Shown: piece after piece, positions 40,601 to 54,489 of the stretch | Position numbering within the stretch: position 1 is the stretch's first letter | How the letters are laid out: every line of letters starts with the position of its first letter | From: the human T2T-CHM13v2.0 reference genome, Homo sapiens | DNA: 64,000 nt | Assembly (NCBI RefSeq): GCF_009914755.1 | Contig: NC_060929.1 | Direction: 5' to 3' (one strand) | The notes under the pieces: generated by a model | Told to the model about the DNA's origin: nothing | Database searches by the model: none | The model's input: the letters and a program-made list of their open reading frames with translations, nothing else | Program-made: the position numbers and the translations under genes

Positions 40601-41745
40601 TCTTTCATGCCACAGATATTGTGCCTCAGGGCAGTCCTTAGCCCATGGCCATGCTTGGGAGTCAGCCCTGTTGAGTATTGTGGATGTCACTTCTAGACTG
40701 GCTCTCCTGCCTCTGCTTCAGGGTATGAATGGTCTCATCCTTGGTACCTGGGTCTCACCAGTGTCAACCCTGACAAAGAGCTTAGCCATTTTGATTTTCA
40801 TAAAACTACCCCGATTTCTCCAGGCCCCACCCCCTCTGTGTGTATGTGTGTGTGTTTTAGGTGTTACCAAGGGTGTGAGGGAATCAGAGAAGAATGTTAC
40901 ATTTTCACATCTCAGTAAAGCACATGACCTCAGTTGAGAGTTAGATGTACTTTTTCTTAAAAGTCCACATTGTTCATGTCATATTTTTGATTGCCTTGTC
41001 TCCTGCTAACCCTTGTCCTCACATTCTCCTATCCTACCTTCTTAAGTTGTTTTCATAAAGAAACAGTTTTCTAAAGATAATTCTGGAGCTATCTGTTAAG
41101 GTAATTTCTTTTAAACTCTAACACTGACTTCAGGAAAGGGAAGCCTTTTTGTTGTTGTTGCTGGTTTTTTCCTTCTTTTCTTTTCCCCTCCTCTTCCCTT
41201 CCTTTCTTTTCTCCCTCCCTCCCTTCCTTCTTTCTTTCCATCTTCTAAAACGTAAGGAAAGTGCAAAAGTAACTGATTGGGTATTTTCTAATATCAAGAA
41301 AAATATGTGTCTTGAAATGTGATTTTATCCCTTTCTAGTGCTATTGAATTTTCAGAGATGTTTTTCCTTCTTCTGCTAATTACCTCTTGGAAGAGTGTAT
41401 TTATCATACTCACCACCTAGCTCAACACAGACTGATGGTGGAGCCACTGCAGAACTGTTATCTGAGAGCAAGTTGCTCCCCTCAGCGGGACATCCTCAGT
41501 GTGCCCCCCACGCACGATTTCATCTCCCCACTGGCTCTGTGGTGCTAAAGCAGGATGGCTGGCGAGGGGCGGGATGCTCTTTCTAGATGGCCTCCCTCCC
41601 CTCAAGATAGGAGCCCACTGCCTTGGGGAAGAGAAGCAGGAAAAAAATGAATAGATGCCGGTGGCTTAAAGAGAGGAGGGAAGAGCCTGGACAAAGAAGA
41701 GAGGAAATGACTATAGCTGGACTGACCTAGCAGAAGTGTGGTTAA

Positions 41746-41747
<2 letters not shown>

Positions 41748-41786
<39 letters not shown>

Positions 41787-41814
41787 CACGGGCATGCGTA
41801 CACACACACACACA
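41748..41814. repeat. (TG)n followed by (CA)n microsatellite
   Basis: About 17 TG units, spacer cgtgcacgggcatgcgta, then about 7 CA units. Confidence 0.95.
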
Positions 41815-42866
41815 TAGTTATGTAACTATTTTTCTAATTGCATAATTAATACATGTAAAATAATTTGGTTAGGAAAACATGAAAAGAAACCCAAAAGAGA
41901 TCAATAAAAATATTCATAATTTCACCCCCCAGAGAAAATCTCTGCTGAAATGTTGCAATATTTTTTTGCAGTTGTCTTTTGGTGACTATACACACACAAA
42001 TATAACGTATATTTTAGATCAGAAATGAACATACATCTGCTCACTATCGGTAACACTATTTAGGACAAAGCAGAATAAATATGTCTTTTGCCTGACAAAG
42101 GGAGCTTGCTCCCTGCTCATCATGATGTTCTGGGAGCCTCTGCTTCTTTCGAGTGAGCTCACCATTTTGTAGAAGTCACTCAGCTCAGTCATGTGTATCT
42201 CATCGTTTGCTTCCCTACTCATCCTCCTGCATCCACTCTCTTCACCCTTTAGTTAATTCTAAATATCCTCAACTTTCTGTGCATCATCTGGCCTCATCTG
42301 GAGCTTCACAGATTGAAGTGCCTATTTGCAAAAGTTTTTACACATGGATGATCTGCAAGAGACACCTACTGTTTTTTCATAGGTGCCTGTGAAATGTATC
42401 ATTTCAACATTCAAAAGTAAAGCAGGATAATATCCAGTTTGGAGGTACAATCTCTGAAGGCAGGCAGACGTAGGTTTGGGTTCCTTTTTTTAGCCACAGT
42501 TTTATCATCAGCAAAATGGTAAATTAAAAGTGAGAACTTTACTCTGAATTACTATAAAGATTCAATGAGATAACCTGGGACATGTGCTCAGTACAACATG
42601 TGGAGAGTACTCAATTTGTGAATATAATGGTTCAGCTGTAAGATCGTAGAACAAAGTAATGGGCAGTGTTTGTATGATATTTTCCCAAGGTGAACCAGAC
42701 GAGATTGAACTTCCCTGCAAATAACTGACATTGAGGTGAGCTGAAGTAGTTGTAATGGTGCAATATGATAGTAGCAATAGCTACCTGAGTACTTCATATA
42801 ACCCCAGCACTTCACGGCATTTCATTTAATTTTCACGGCAATCCTATGAAAAGGTTACCAGCATTT

Positions 42867-43380
42867 TGTCAGTTAGGATATTTGAACCAGTTAGGAAGCT
42901 GGTTTAAATGATGAGAAACCATGACAAGAAGTCCAGAATTAGATCAGTCTGCAGAGTTGGTTGATTCAGTAATCCAAAATGTCGAGTGAAGTCCTCATCC
43001 TTTCTCTCTGTTCTGCCATCTCCTCCACTGGCTTCACTCTAAGGCTAGAAGCAAGATGGCGGCAGCAGTTTCAGTCATCACAGCCAAACATAGCAAAGTC
43101 CAGAGTGAGACCATCTGTTCATGTGCCTCTCTCTTAGAAGTGAGAAATATTTCTCCAAATGTCTGCAGCAGATTTTTTCTCTCTGTTTTATTGTTTAGAA
43201 TTTTGCCCATTTATGAACCAATCATTGGGAAAGCAAACGGAATTACTCTTAGATCAATCAGGTCTACTCCCTTCTGGAGTTAAGGGTGGGATAAGCCCCT
43301 GTGGGGCTCATGGCTATATGAAAAGGGGCAGATACCTGTCAAAACTGGAGTTTTGTTATGAAAGAAGAATGAAAGCAGTA
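42867..43380 (-). mobile_element. Old MaLR LTR (MLT1K/L-like)
   Basis: tgtcagttagg start and ttctgccatc...ggcttcactctaaggct...caagatggcggcagcagtttcag. Confidence 0.65.
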
Positions 43381-44049
43381 TTGGCACCCAACTTAAAGGA
43401 TCTGCTCTATTTTTTAAATGAGGAAATGGCAGTCAAGAAACTTAAGTAGAGTGTCTGAAATCCTGTGGCCAACAAGGGACAGAGACAAAATTGTAATCCA
43501 TGATTCATCTGACTCTAATGATTACATATATCTCTAAAACAGGTAAACCTATAGCTTGTCCTGTGTTTTTGAAAATATTCAAGCCTTGAGACTGCATTAA
43601 GCAAGATTATTTTAGGAGGTTGTAAAAGCTTATGGACCAACTGAAGCTAACACTTTGCAATGTAGGATGCTGAGAAGCCATGTGCAGCCAGCGTGATCTG
43701 GCATGGAGCCAGAAATGGAGTGGCGTCTCTGGAGAAGCCGTGGGGTGAAAAGGTGGATACTTCTACAGTGACAGGTCATACAAAGAACATGTGTGGTCTT
43801 GTCCCAGAGTCCAAGCTGTGGCAAGGATAGCGAGACAGGAAGTAGTGTCCCCATTACCCATCAGTGATGTTTCCAGTACCAGCTTCCAGGCTCCCTATTC
43901 TTCACAGATGTTTACTGAGCTGTTTAACAAGAGAGCCAATAGAGAGAAACAGTCTTCTCATCAATATGCTTGGTGAAAAGGAGAGTCAAATGTTAGCATG
44001 AGGTCCGAATTAGAACCAGAGTCCCCTGGCCGAGTGCTCTAACCACATT

Positions 44050-45005
44050 CCTGTCCCTCTCACAGCTCCATCAGCTGCCCCACTTTGTGTTCCCTGGGAT
44101 TCCATCCTTGACCTTTCCTTGACTTTATGTGCCCTCCCCAACTATCTTCAAAGACAACCTGGATGCCAGTGACATTTAGTGACATGTTGCAGACTCCTGT
44201 CTTCTGCGTAAACTCTAGGGCTTGGTCCCACCTATCTTTGTGTGCCTTCATCTGATTACTTCATAGGCTTTTCAAACTCAGTATGTCCAAATACATCTGT
44301 ATCTTTCACCACTCCCACCCAAAACACAAGAGAAATGTTTGTGTCTATTCCTTCTGGCTGTTGGTCCAAGAATAGAATCCTTGGGCTCATTTTGACTCTG
44401 AAGTCCTAACAGACATCTCAGTAGTTGACACTTCCTGGTCGTATTCAGCCGTCTCCATCTTTCCACCTGTTGACTCCATCCTAGTTCAGGCTTCATCCTT
44501 TCATACTTAGGCTATTTCAGTAGTCTTTGCCTTGTCATCCCTCCTTTGATCTTTCTGCCCCATCAAACCCATATTCCACACTGTCACTAAGGGTATCTTT
44601 CTGAAACATAGACATGGGCCCACTACTTCACTGAGTAAACTCTGGAAGTGTTCTCCAGTGTCTACAGGGTAAAGTTAATCCTCTTCAGAATATCATATAG
44701 GGCCATTCACAGTATTGTCCCACTTTATCCTTAGAGAATTTTCTTATCCTTTAAAGAACTCATACCTATCTTTTAAGACTCAGCACACATATTCCTCCAG
44801 ATTTCCCAGGTAGAACTAATCATTCCTTTTCTGTGGTCCTCCATTGCTTTGTGCACACCCTGGTGCTCTGACACTGTGCTTGGGGCATTATATTGTAATG
44901 CCTCATTTTTAGGCTGTGCCCCTCTAAACAGTGAGGATCATGTTTCTCTTTATATTTGCATCTCCCATTTAGCTAGTGGTACTTGGAAGACAAGTGTTGT
45001 TGGAA
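44050..45005 (+). mobile_element. L2 LINE
   Basis: tcaaactcagtatgtccaaa, atctttctgaaacataga and cttttaagactcagc, ending with a degenerate L2 tail. Confidence 0.75.
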
Positions 45006-45269
45006 AGGAAATAACTTCTTTCAGCTATGTGCGGTGAATGTTCATAGCGAAACACTAAACTAATCAATGCCTGTATTTCAGTTGTTCTTTTACTTATTTT
45101 TTAACCTTCACATTGTTCATGTAGGAAACACATAACCTTTGTAACAACTTTAATTTTTGGTAGTGATCCTCACCCTTAGACAAGAGGGTAGATGGAGGCA
45201 CTCCTTCCTCCTTGTTTCTAGAACATTATGGCTCTATACTATTATAGATAGGTTTAAAATCTTAAAAGC

Positions 45270-45515
45270 TATCAGTTTTAAGTTCATATCATGTACCAGA
45301 CTTTGTTCCTCATTGTTGTACATGTATTACCTCATTTATTTTAATTATTTCTATAACTCAATGACCATAGTACTACTCTTTCTGCAATTTACAAATGAGG
45401 AAATTAACGCACAGAGAGATTAAGTAACTTGACCAAGATCACACACTCAATAAGTGATGAAACAGGGATGTGAGTCCAGGCTGTCTTGTGCCAGAACCAA
45501 TGATCTTGACCACTA
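45270..45515 (-). mobile_element. MIR SINE
   Basis: tttacaaatgaggaaattaacgcacagagagattaagtaacttgaccaagatcacaca. Confidence 0.9.
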
Positions 45516-47192
45516 ATGGCCTCTGGAACCACTAATGACAGCCTTCTTTTTATCTTATAGCCACAGTTAATCATTTGTTTTCACAAAAGATGTGACACCT
45601 CAATTAAAATCATTAGTGGTCAGGAGCAAATGTGAATATGTTTGAATTTCTTGCTTTTGGCATCTTCTAGCTGGGACTCTGTTCTAATCAACACATTCTT
45701 CTACTGATACATGGAATCAAGGCATTTCATCTCACACTCACTTAAGTTAACAAATGATCACTTCTCACGGATGTGGGTAACAAGAGTTCTGAGTCATTAA
45801 TTTGCTAAAATGTTTTCCCCATTGTGAACTTTAAATCTTTTCTCTTTTATCCTCATAATAACACACATATTTTTACCCCATGTACCCTAATAAATAACAG
45901 AGAATCTTGCTACAGACTAGAAATTCACTGACTCGGACCTTGAGGAGAAAAGTAAAGGGAATGCACTCCCAACCAACAACCATTAAAGGCAAAGGAGGAG
46001 AAGGGCTCTAATTATTCTGCTGGAACTGGAACCCATGGTTACAGGGTTCTGAGCATTTGAAACCCTCAGGCTGAAAAATCACTTAACTTTCTGCTATGTG
46101 TGTGTGTATTGTGGGGCTGGATTATGCGGAAGGAAAGGAATAAAATAAAATCCATTTCAAATTCAGAGTTCACCATCATTTTGCTTACACTCTGGAGAGA
46201 AGAAAAATGATCCTGTCACTTTAAATATAGCATAGACTGCCATATAGATCTTATTTTTCGTTCTTTCATATTTTCTTCCCTTTCCCTCCTACCATCCCTC
46301 CCTCTCTTTGCCTCCCTCTCCCTCTCTTTGTATGTCATTAGCTCACAGTTTTTCCTTGTTCTGCTATTGAAGTCACTTTGCTGTTTCTTTGCATTTGTTT
46401 TGGGATCATTCTGCATGTTTGTGTGCTCTCTCCTTATCTAGAAGGCCCACCCTTTGTATCTACTTGTTTCCTCTCCACACTACCCACTTAGGATACAATT
46501 TTGGGTATGAAAATATGTGCTAAGCAGCGGCTTGGGAACAAATTGCCTCTGCAGATAGCCAAAGCCCTGCACTCCTGGGCCAGTGGTTGAAGAATTCTCC
46601 TTTCATGGTGTACAGACTTTCTTGTTTTGTGGGTTTGCATTTTTGCCTCTAATCAAGTGTCTCTGTTTAAAATCAGTAAGACTACATGAGGGCTGATTCT
46701 GAGAATTAGAAGGCACAGGGATGGAAAAAGTCGTAAATGTGTAGGGCTGGGCAGCCCAAGGTCTGATTTGTTCAAATTAAGTGAGATAAACCCCATGGAA
46801 TACTTAGAAGAGAGATCAGCATATTCAGGCACTGACCAATGTTTTCTTCCCTTCTTTTAATTGCTCCCTCAATTATTTTTCTCCATAAACACTTAATATC
46901 TGCTCAAGCTTTCCAGGGGGAAGAGTGCATTTTTGGGGGTAGGTGGGGGTGTAAGGATGGGATAGCTTACAAAATGCATAGATAGAAACTCATTCAAGCC
47001 CACTTGGTGATGTGATATTGTTTGTTAGATTCTACACTGACAAGTTTTCATTTTTACTCCATGTCATGGGTTGATTTTGGGATATTTAAGTCTCATTCTT
47101 TCTGTAATATTTAAATCTCAATTGTTCCACCTGGGGAGGTAGAAGGACAGAGAACATACAAAACATACACACAAAAAAAACCCCTCTGATGA

Positions 47193-47432
47193 ACACAGGT
47201 AGAATGCCATGTAAAAACCAAGGCAGGGATATGGGTGATGCTTGTGTAAGCCAAGAAATGTCAAAGATTGAGAGCAAACCACCGGCAGCTGGGAGTGAGG
47301 CATGGAACAGATTTCTCCTCACAGCCTTCAGAAGGAACCAACTTTCTGACACCTTGATCTCAGGATCCTAGCCTCTAGAACAGGGAGACAATATATTTCT
47401 GTTGTTTAAGCCAAAAAATAAAAATAGAAAAC
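47193..47432 (+). mobile_element. 5'-truncated MLT1B/C LTR fragment ending in an A-rich tail
   Basis: ggcatggaacagatttctcctcacagccttcagaaggaacc...atttctgttgtttaagcc is followed by aaaaaataaaaatagaaaac. Confidence 0.85.
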
Positions 47433-48374
47433 AAAAATAATCCTCTCATGATTTACTGTTCTGTGGAGCTTGAAGGGGAAGAGACACCACGTGTTAGAAT
47501 TCCCAGCCCAGTGGTCATGAGTTTCTCACATGCTGGGTTGCACAGGCCTTCCCTATATGGTCGAGGTCTGTTGAGAAATTCTGAGTGTTGGAGGCCTTTC
47601 CAGGGCCGCCCTCAGGAGAGAGAAATCCTGCTGCAGGGTAACTCCCTAAGATTAGAAAAATGTAGCTTCGCTGGCCAACTGAAGCAAGGAATGATTCATT
47701 TCCTGTCATTAACAGAGTGAGAAAGATGTCGTTCACAAAGTTCTTTAAGCTGGAAAAGCACATTATGTGAAATACTCAATTTCCTGATGGATGGCATCAA
47801 CTCTCCTAACTTGCCTTTCAGCAGCAGCGTTGCTTCTGGACAGTTCCAGATTCTGGGGGCTGTTGGGTCACATGCTAACTGGCTCAGGTGCCTGATGTGC
47901 AATTAGTTGGGGGAGAAAGGACATTATGCTAACTCAACCCTGGGTTAAAATAATGACCTCGGCTATCCCCTGGATGATGTATCGATGTTTAATCCTCAAG
48001 TTGCTATATAACATTTCTAAATATTTAGCAACCAGATTGCAAGTTAAAACTTTCATGTTCAGGCTCTTCTGGTTAAAAATCAGCTAAAACAAAACAAAAC
48101 AAACTAAAAAACGAAAGACCAAAAACTCAACCTCGCATTTAAAATTGTGCTGGTTATTATTTGTAGATAATCCCTTCTTGGTGGACTAATCTTTTCCCTC
48201 GAAAAACAAGTTTACATCACATAGTCTATTTAGCTTACTTGCTGATATTGCCAGATTATATAATCATAGGTTTGAATTGATAGAACACTCCTTTTTAAGG
48301 AGCTGAAAGAATTTAATCTTCTTTCCTATTTAGTTGCAGAATGCCCACAGGAGAAACAAGATGGCAACTAAATT

Positions 48375-48750
48375 TCCTTTTTTACAGGTGCCAAAAAGCC
48401 TATAGTTACAGAGAGGGTAAGTAATTTGCCTAGGATCACACAGCTAGAATTGGGATGTGGTATAAAAACCTAGGTGCTGTTTGCAGTTTAATGCTGCCAG
48501 CACTTGGCACTGATACCCCATCTTGAATGACTAATAATCTCTGTGTATGAAGTACCTGAAGAATATGGCCTAGGCTTTCTATCCCTGGGGCTTCCAAATG
48601 ATACCTTACTTCATCACCACAAGAGTTTTATGATGTTGGCATTTTTATCCCCATTTCACAGGTGAGAAAATTGAGGCTCAGGGTTATATAGTGGGCAGAA
48701 GTAGAGATAGGGTTTGAACTCCAATCTACCTGACCACGTTATCCACTGCC
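48375..48750 (-). mobile_element. Two MIR fragments
   Basis: agagagggtaagtaatttgcctaggatcacacagctag and tatccccatttcacaggtgagaaaattgaggctcag. Confidence 0.8.
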
Positions 48751-49354
48751 TATGTAACATATATAAGAAAAGATATCTGGACATGAAACATACAACAAGC
48801 AGTGGTTCAATGACATCCAGGAGTCAGTGTTCTGGGAGAAACTGAAAAGTAAACATTTTAAATAAATGTTTATTTTCTGGCTCCTGGTTATAATAAAATT
48901 GTTAGTTTGTGTTTCCTTTTAGCCAGAGTTAATATTCTAAAAGGAAGTGAGAGTTGCAGCTAACAGAGTTTTTATATAAGAGGGAAAATAAAAAGAGCAC
49001 AAAAAAGAAAGGATGGTACTTGAAGACAACTTCCATGTAGTGTGGTATTGGCCAGTCCTGAATGGCTTTGGAGAGATCTGATTTTGGGCAAGGACACTGG
49101 ACAGAGAGGGAGAAGGGGTAGGGAAGGCATCACTGGCAAGATATAACTAGACTTCACGAGCCTCAGGGCCCTCCTCACCTCAGTCAGAAAGACAGCAATA
49201 CCACCTAAATGCCAAAATCCCAGAGGGGAAACAGTTAAAACCCAAGACACTCAAGGAGAGAAGGGTTTTGGAAATGTCAACAGGAGAAAAAAAGATTTTC
49301 CTGACTCAGGCCCTCTTTGATGACCTAGGAAAACTGGCTTGGGAATCAAAGTAG

Positions 49355-49522
49355 GGTGAAGTATGGTCCTGGTATCAGCATCACTTGGGAGCTTCTTAGA
49401 AACCAAATGCTCAGGCCTTACCCCAGACCTACTGAATCAGGAATGTTGCGTGGGGCCCTGCTGTCCAGGTTTGAGTCAGCCCTGCAGGTTTTGGATGCAC
49501 CTAATCTTTGAGAAACACCACT
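49355..49522. mobile_element. MER5A (hAT-Charlie)
   Basis: cagcatcacttgggagcttcttagaaa...ccccagacctactgaatcag...tttgagaaacaccact. Confidence 0.85.
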
Positions 49523-49619
49523 CTGGAACATACAGAGGTGAGCCCTGGGCAAAACGGTGAGAGAGAAGCTTGTCCCAGGTACACCTTTACATTTATTAAT
49601 GTGATTATTTGATTCATAG

Positions 49620-49880
49620 CCATGTGCCCTTCTAGGCTGTAAGTCAGACTGTGTGGCACACAGGAAGATACATTACTCAGCTTCCTTTGCAGTCAGATTG
49701 GAGCCATGTGATTGGGTTCTGGCCAATGGAATGTCATGGAAGTGAGGTCATCCATGTCAAAGCCGGGGTCCTGGTTGGTATAGGGCCAGCCTGTATGAGG
49801 ACTCTGAGAAATAAACTTACATGAGGTAACTGCGATCTGGGGGTTGTTTTTCACAGCAGCTTCATTTCCCTGATTAATAC
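49620..49880 (+). mobile_element. MLT1I/J-like LTR fragment
   Basis: gccatgtgattgggttctggccaatggaatgt ... ccctgattaataCA. Confidence 0.7.
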
Positions 49881-51343
49881 AGGTTATGAGCAAAAAATTG
49901 GGCAAGGTCTGATCCGTTTTTGCTTTTGATTATATTCAGGGTGATCGTTGAAATGTTAACCAATGCTGTGTCAGTGGGACCAGTCACTCTACACAGACAC
50001 TGACCACAGGGCTTATAGGGTCCTGCAGGACCTCTGAATTGCCATAGTTAACCCTTTAGATCAGGGATTTGGGGGAGCTCCAGAGGTTCAGAGGGAGAGG
50101 GCATTGGCTGGGACAGTATAGAAGAACTTCAGTATTTTAACAACCCATACAGCCGTACTGGTGCATGCCAATTGTATCACTAATATTCAGTACAGTCGTG
50201 ATACAAGTAGGCAGACAACAAATACTTTTTTGAATCAAAACCAGATAATTTGAACATAATGTAGTTGGGGTCCTACTGAGCATTGAAGATAACAATTGCA
50301 GACATCTGTTAGGAGTCTCCCCTGGAATAAATTGTCTACGGAATCTACAGGCATCCATGTGGGCTCCATTTTACCCACTTCCTTACTCTAAAAGATGGAT
50401 GGAGACCTCCATTTAGAATGGAAGTCCTTGGCTTTGTTGGGTTTTTGAATCCCTTTGGTGTTTAATTTGAGCTCCTTTCCTAAACAAATGCACATATACC
50501 CATAAATATAAGGATGTGGATACTGTTTTAGGGGGTTCGTATGTCCTTTGGGCTCCATCTCCAGGAATGAAAAGTAAAACAAGGAGGAAAAAAATTCCTG
50601 GAAGTGGCTAAGTGTGAACCAGGACCTAGTTGCCTTTGAGCATAGAATATGTGTAAATTGCAAAACCAGGACTTAACAAGGTTTCTGCAACATCTATAAC
50701 TTTCATGACATTTTATTTTCTCGGTTCCTGTCTTCTCATCTGTAGTGAATAGCAATATAAACTCTTAAAAAAAAACAGAAAAGAGTGTTGCATCTTTGTG
50801 TAGAAATGGGTATTAGCATTCATGTCATAATTTGTAAATTGAGTTTGACTTATATATCAAGGCAACGTATAAAAATGCTGCACGGGGTGCTCAGGCACTT
50901 CCTTCTCTGTCTCAGCTTCTTAGAGCTACAAGAGGTTCCTCATGCTTCCAGACCTTGTTTATTTTAACATCCACTATAGGGGACCCGTCTTCCTGTTTCC
51001 CAACTGGATATAAAAACTGTTGGATGGTGAATCCTGCAGATCTGACGGGAGGAATTTCTGGCTAGTGGGAGGTGGAATGATTCACTTACTGATGTTAGTG
51101 CAGTGAGACAAATCTCATTCATAAATGTTCTCTCACTTGCAGCAACTTTAGCTTTACTACGTTTTTATTACTGGATCATTCCAGAACCTGATGAGTCTTT
51201 GGCATGATCTAGAAGGATGTGAGGACACTTGCTATTCCACAATGCCCTATTTAAGGAATAGTGGGCACTCCAGGGACCAGAGCTAGATAGTCATCCTGAA
51301 ACAGAGATCAGGGTTATGCTTGACAAAATGAAGCATCAGTTTT

Positions 51344-51344
<1 letters not shown>

Positions 51345-51382
<38 letters not shown>
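51345..51382. repeat. Poly-T homopolymer (T38)
   Basis: Direct count. Confidence 0.95.
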
Positions 51383-51384
<2 letters not shown>

Positions 51385-54300
51385 GATGATGTAAGTCAAA
51401 AATCAACTCCCATTGAGGTTAAAAAAAGTACTGGCTGCGTAGCCCTGTTGCTGTCAAAGGAGCCCTCATTTTCTCAAGCCTGAGAATTGAGTATTTTAGG
51501 GAAAGAACTTTAGAGGCCTTCTGCAATTTGCAGATGAGCTTGAAGTCCTGGGAGATGAAAGAACTTGCTAAAGGCCAGTGTCTGTCCAGGAGATGACAAT
51601 ACTGCCGCTTGGCAAGGGCAGGTTTTTTGTGGAGAGGTGTAATAGGGAAAAGGTGAAGCATGGCCAAAGGAAGGGGTGTGGGTAAGTTTGGAATGGATTT
51701 GTGCTTAATCCTGGGAACCATAAAACATTACTCAAGATCTCTGAGAGTGAGGGAAAAAGTGCCAGGATTTGTCCATGAGATAAGTTGAGAGGGGAACAGA
51801 GAGGGCACATGTGGTGAATGTGTGGAAACAAATCACCTGGTTAGTAATTTTGCCTTGAGCCTACCATGAGTTTGGTGCTCAAACTCAGGGCAGTCCTCAC
51901 CCACACACCCCAGAGGGGTCCCCTCCACACATGATGGGCTGGCCAGGGAGAGCGAGGCTGAGCCAGGGACAGGGGTGATCAGGGAAGGAGGACATGGTGC
52001 CAGGAATAAGAAAAGCAAAGTAGAGGCCAGGGGTGAGGGAATAAACAAAACTGGAACAAGGGAGGATGCCAAAGTTCCTAGAATCATGATCCGTCAGGAG
52101 CTGAGGAGCTTGTGGGATTTGGAGATCCTCACAGTGTAGCTCATCAAAGTCAGGGCACAAAGGCAGACCACCAGTCTCCGGAGAAAGAAAAGGTGCTGGG
52201 CCTGGGGCACGGGCATGGTGTTCTGTGCCCACTGACTCATTGCCTGCTGAGTCTCAGGGAGGTTTAGTTATTTACACTCAATTACACATCTTAACTCTGC
52301 AAATGTTGGCACTAGGATGTAGGCCTCTCTTCCATTGATTTTAGTTGCAATCAGATAGGAAAAGGAACAGATTAGTGCCTGACATAAAGTTAAGTCCTCA
52401 AAAATGTTTAGATGCGAGCACTTTGTTTGTAATGTTGGTAGCTCACTGCTATCCATTTCACATTAGCAAAGAAGTCGTTTCTCATGTTAACCTGGGAAGG
52501 TGGCACTGAGTAGAGATGGTGGGGATAGAGCTTACAAAGAGAGAATTTTGATGGGGCTCCCTGGAGGAGTGAGAGAGTACCACGCCTGAAAAATTGCTTG
52601 TTAGCTGGTGAAATAAATGTTCTTGGATTACTCAGTGCAGGAAGTGAGTTGCACAGTAGATAATGAGGGGGAATTTCCTCCCCAGCTATGGCCTAGTGAA
52701 AATGTAGACCAAGCCTCAGTAGTCAAGGTGGTTAAGGGGCAAAGTGAAGGGAGAAAGACGAAGAGGGGCGGGATGGATGCTCTCAGCTAGAAGCACAGTG
52801 GAACCTCGTCTCAAACAGGAGATAGCACATGGACTGGCATTAAAAGTCCTGCTTAGAGCCTCTATGTGAGGCCCCATGAAAAAGCTTATTGCCTATATGT
52901 GACATTTTAATGTGATTAAAATGAGCCTTGACAAAGTTGAGTCAGATGGGAGTCAGGGAGTGGGGATGGCCTGTGCACTCCAGCTTTTTGTGAAGTGAAG
53001 AGAATGTATATAAATTCTCTAAAAAGCCTCAGCAGACCAGTAACTGCAGATTTTGTATAGTTCTAATGAGACAGCATTTTAGTTTGGCAAACACATCAGT
53101 GCTATGTGTCCCCAAAGCCCAGTGGTATTTGACTGCTTAGTTTTTGAACTCCGAGAAGTGGTACAGCAATCTCCAGTGAGCACAGGAGATTTCAGATCAC
53201 CAATAGGTTTATACAAGGAACATCTTAGCACATGGCTTAAGAAAACCTCACACTAATTATGTGCTGAAAAAGGTCATTGTGCGGAATTTCCTAAGAAGAA
53301 TTCCAGTGTTTCCAACAGAGAGGCTTGCAGCCTGAGGCCATTGTGACATACTGCTGTAAAGCCAGTTTTTTGTGCAATTTCCATGGAAAAGTGGGGAAGA
53401 ACTCTATAGCCATGAAGTCTATGTGAATTTGGAATGCTGCTTCTTCTAGCAGAAGCTCTTTGGTAATGAGATTCTAAGGGAGTGATGTATATGGAAAAAG
53501 TGGGCGGATTTTGAAGATTTAAAAATAACACATTCTTGGGGTTCATGTGACTCTACAACTCTGTTGTGTGGTTTCTTTGAAGTGCTGGGTCTTTGGACTG
53601 AAATTTAAATTCATCTCACTGTGGCCTTTGGAAACACAGCATTAAACCTCTGTCATGCACGTTAATGCTGGGGCAAAAGAGGACAGAAGATAATTGTATT
53701 CCTCAATATTCACACTATTTTTAGATTAGGGAGGGTGAGCACTCATTTTAGAGGGTGTATGTTTGTGTCACTTTTCTGAATCTTATACAGGATGCAGCAA
53801 TCATGCGATGATCGCCAGGTTGCACAAGATCACTAAGGCCACGAGAGGCAGTGGATGATAACTTCAGTGGGTTTCGGGTATCTGGGGTATCGGCAGGCAG
53901 AAAACCTATACATGTCTCTAGGGCAAGGTCTAATTGTATGTGCATGTTAGTGAGAGGGTTAGTCTTATTTCAGTATATTTTGTCCTGTGGTTATGTAGGG
54001 CTGAAGTTACCTGTATAGACAGACTTATCTGGCAGGGCAATAGCTCTAGAAGGTTTGAGGTGAGCAGATTCTATGTCAGAGCAAAGACCCTTTTTAGAGG
54101 CAGTCACCAGTGAAGGTGTTTTCTAAAATAACATTAAGACTTCTCACTTACTGTGTTGACACCTACTAGGGTTTCTGTTACTACTATAATTGGACTTCTG
54201 AGACCAGGGTCCAAAGCCCTGAGTGCCCTGGGAACTGACTTCCAGCTTTGAACATGGCATTACTTCTCTTCAGCCAGCCATACCTCTTACCTTCCTCCTA

Positions 54301-54489
54301 CTGTTGACAGAACAATTATTGATCACCCATTGGGTGTTTCTCATCATATTCTCTGGTTGCTTTATTCCTGGTAGTGCCTCAGCTTTTCTAGGATGGAAAG
54401 TGAAAGGCTTGTTCCTTGGTCCCATGGAGGGTTTTTCTATTTGCTGGTGCAGCCTGTAGAGTATAGAACGTAGCACAAAAACATAAGTG

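Noticed and set aside
49300-49480. Pair of AP-1 (TGACTCA) motifs
   Set aside because: This 7-mer occurs many times in the window and one copy is within MER5A. No evidence of enrichment.
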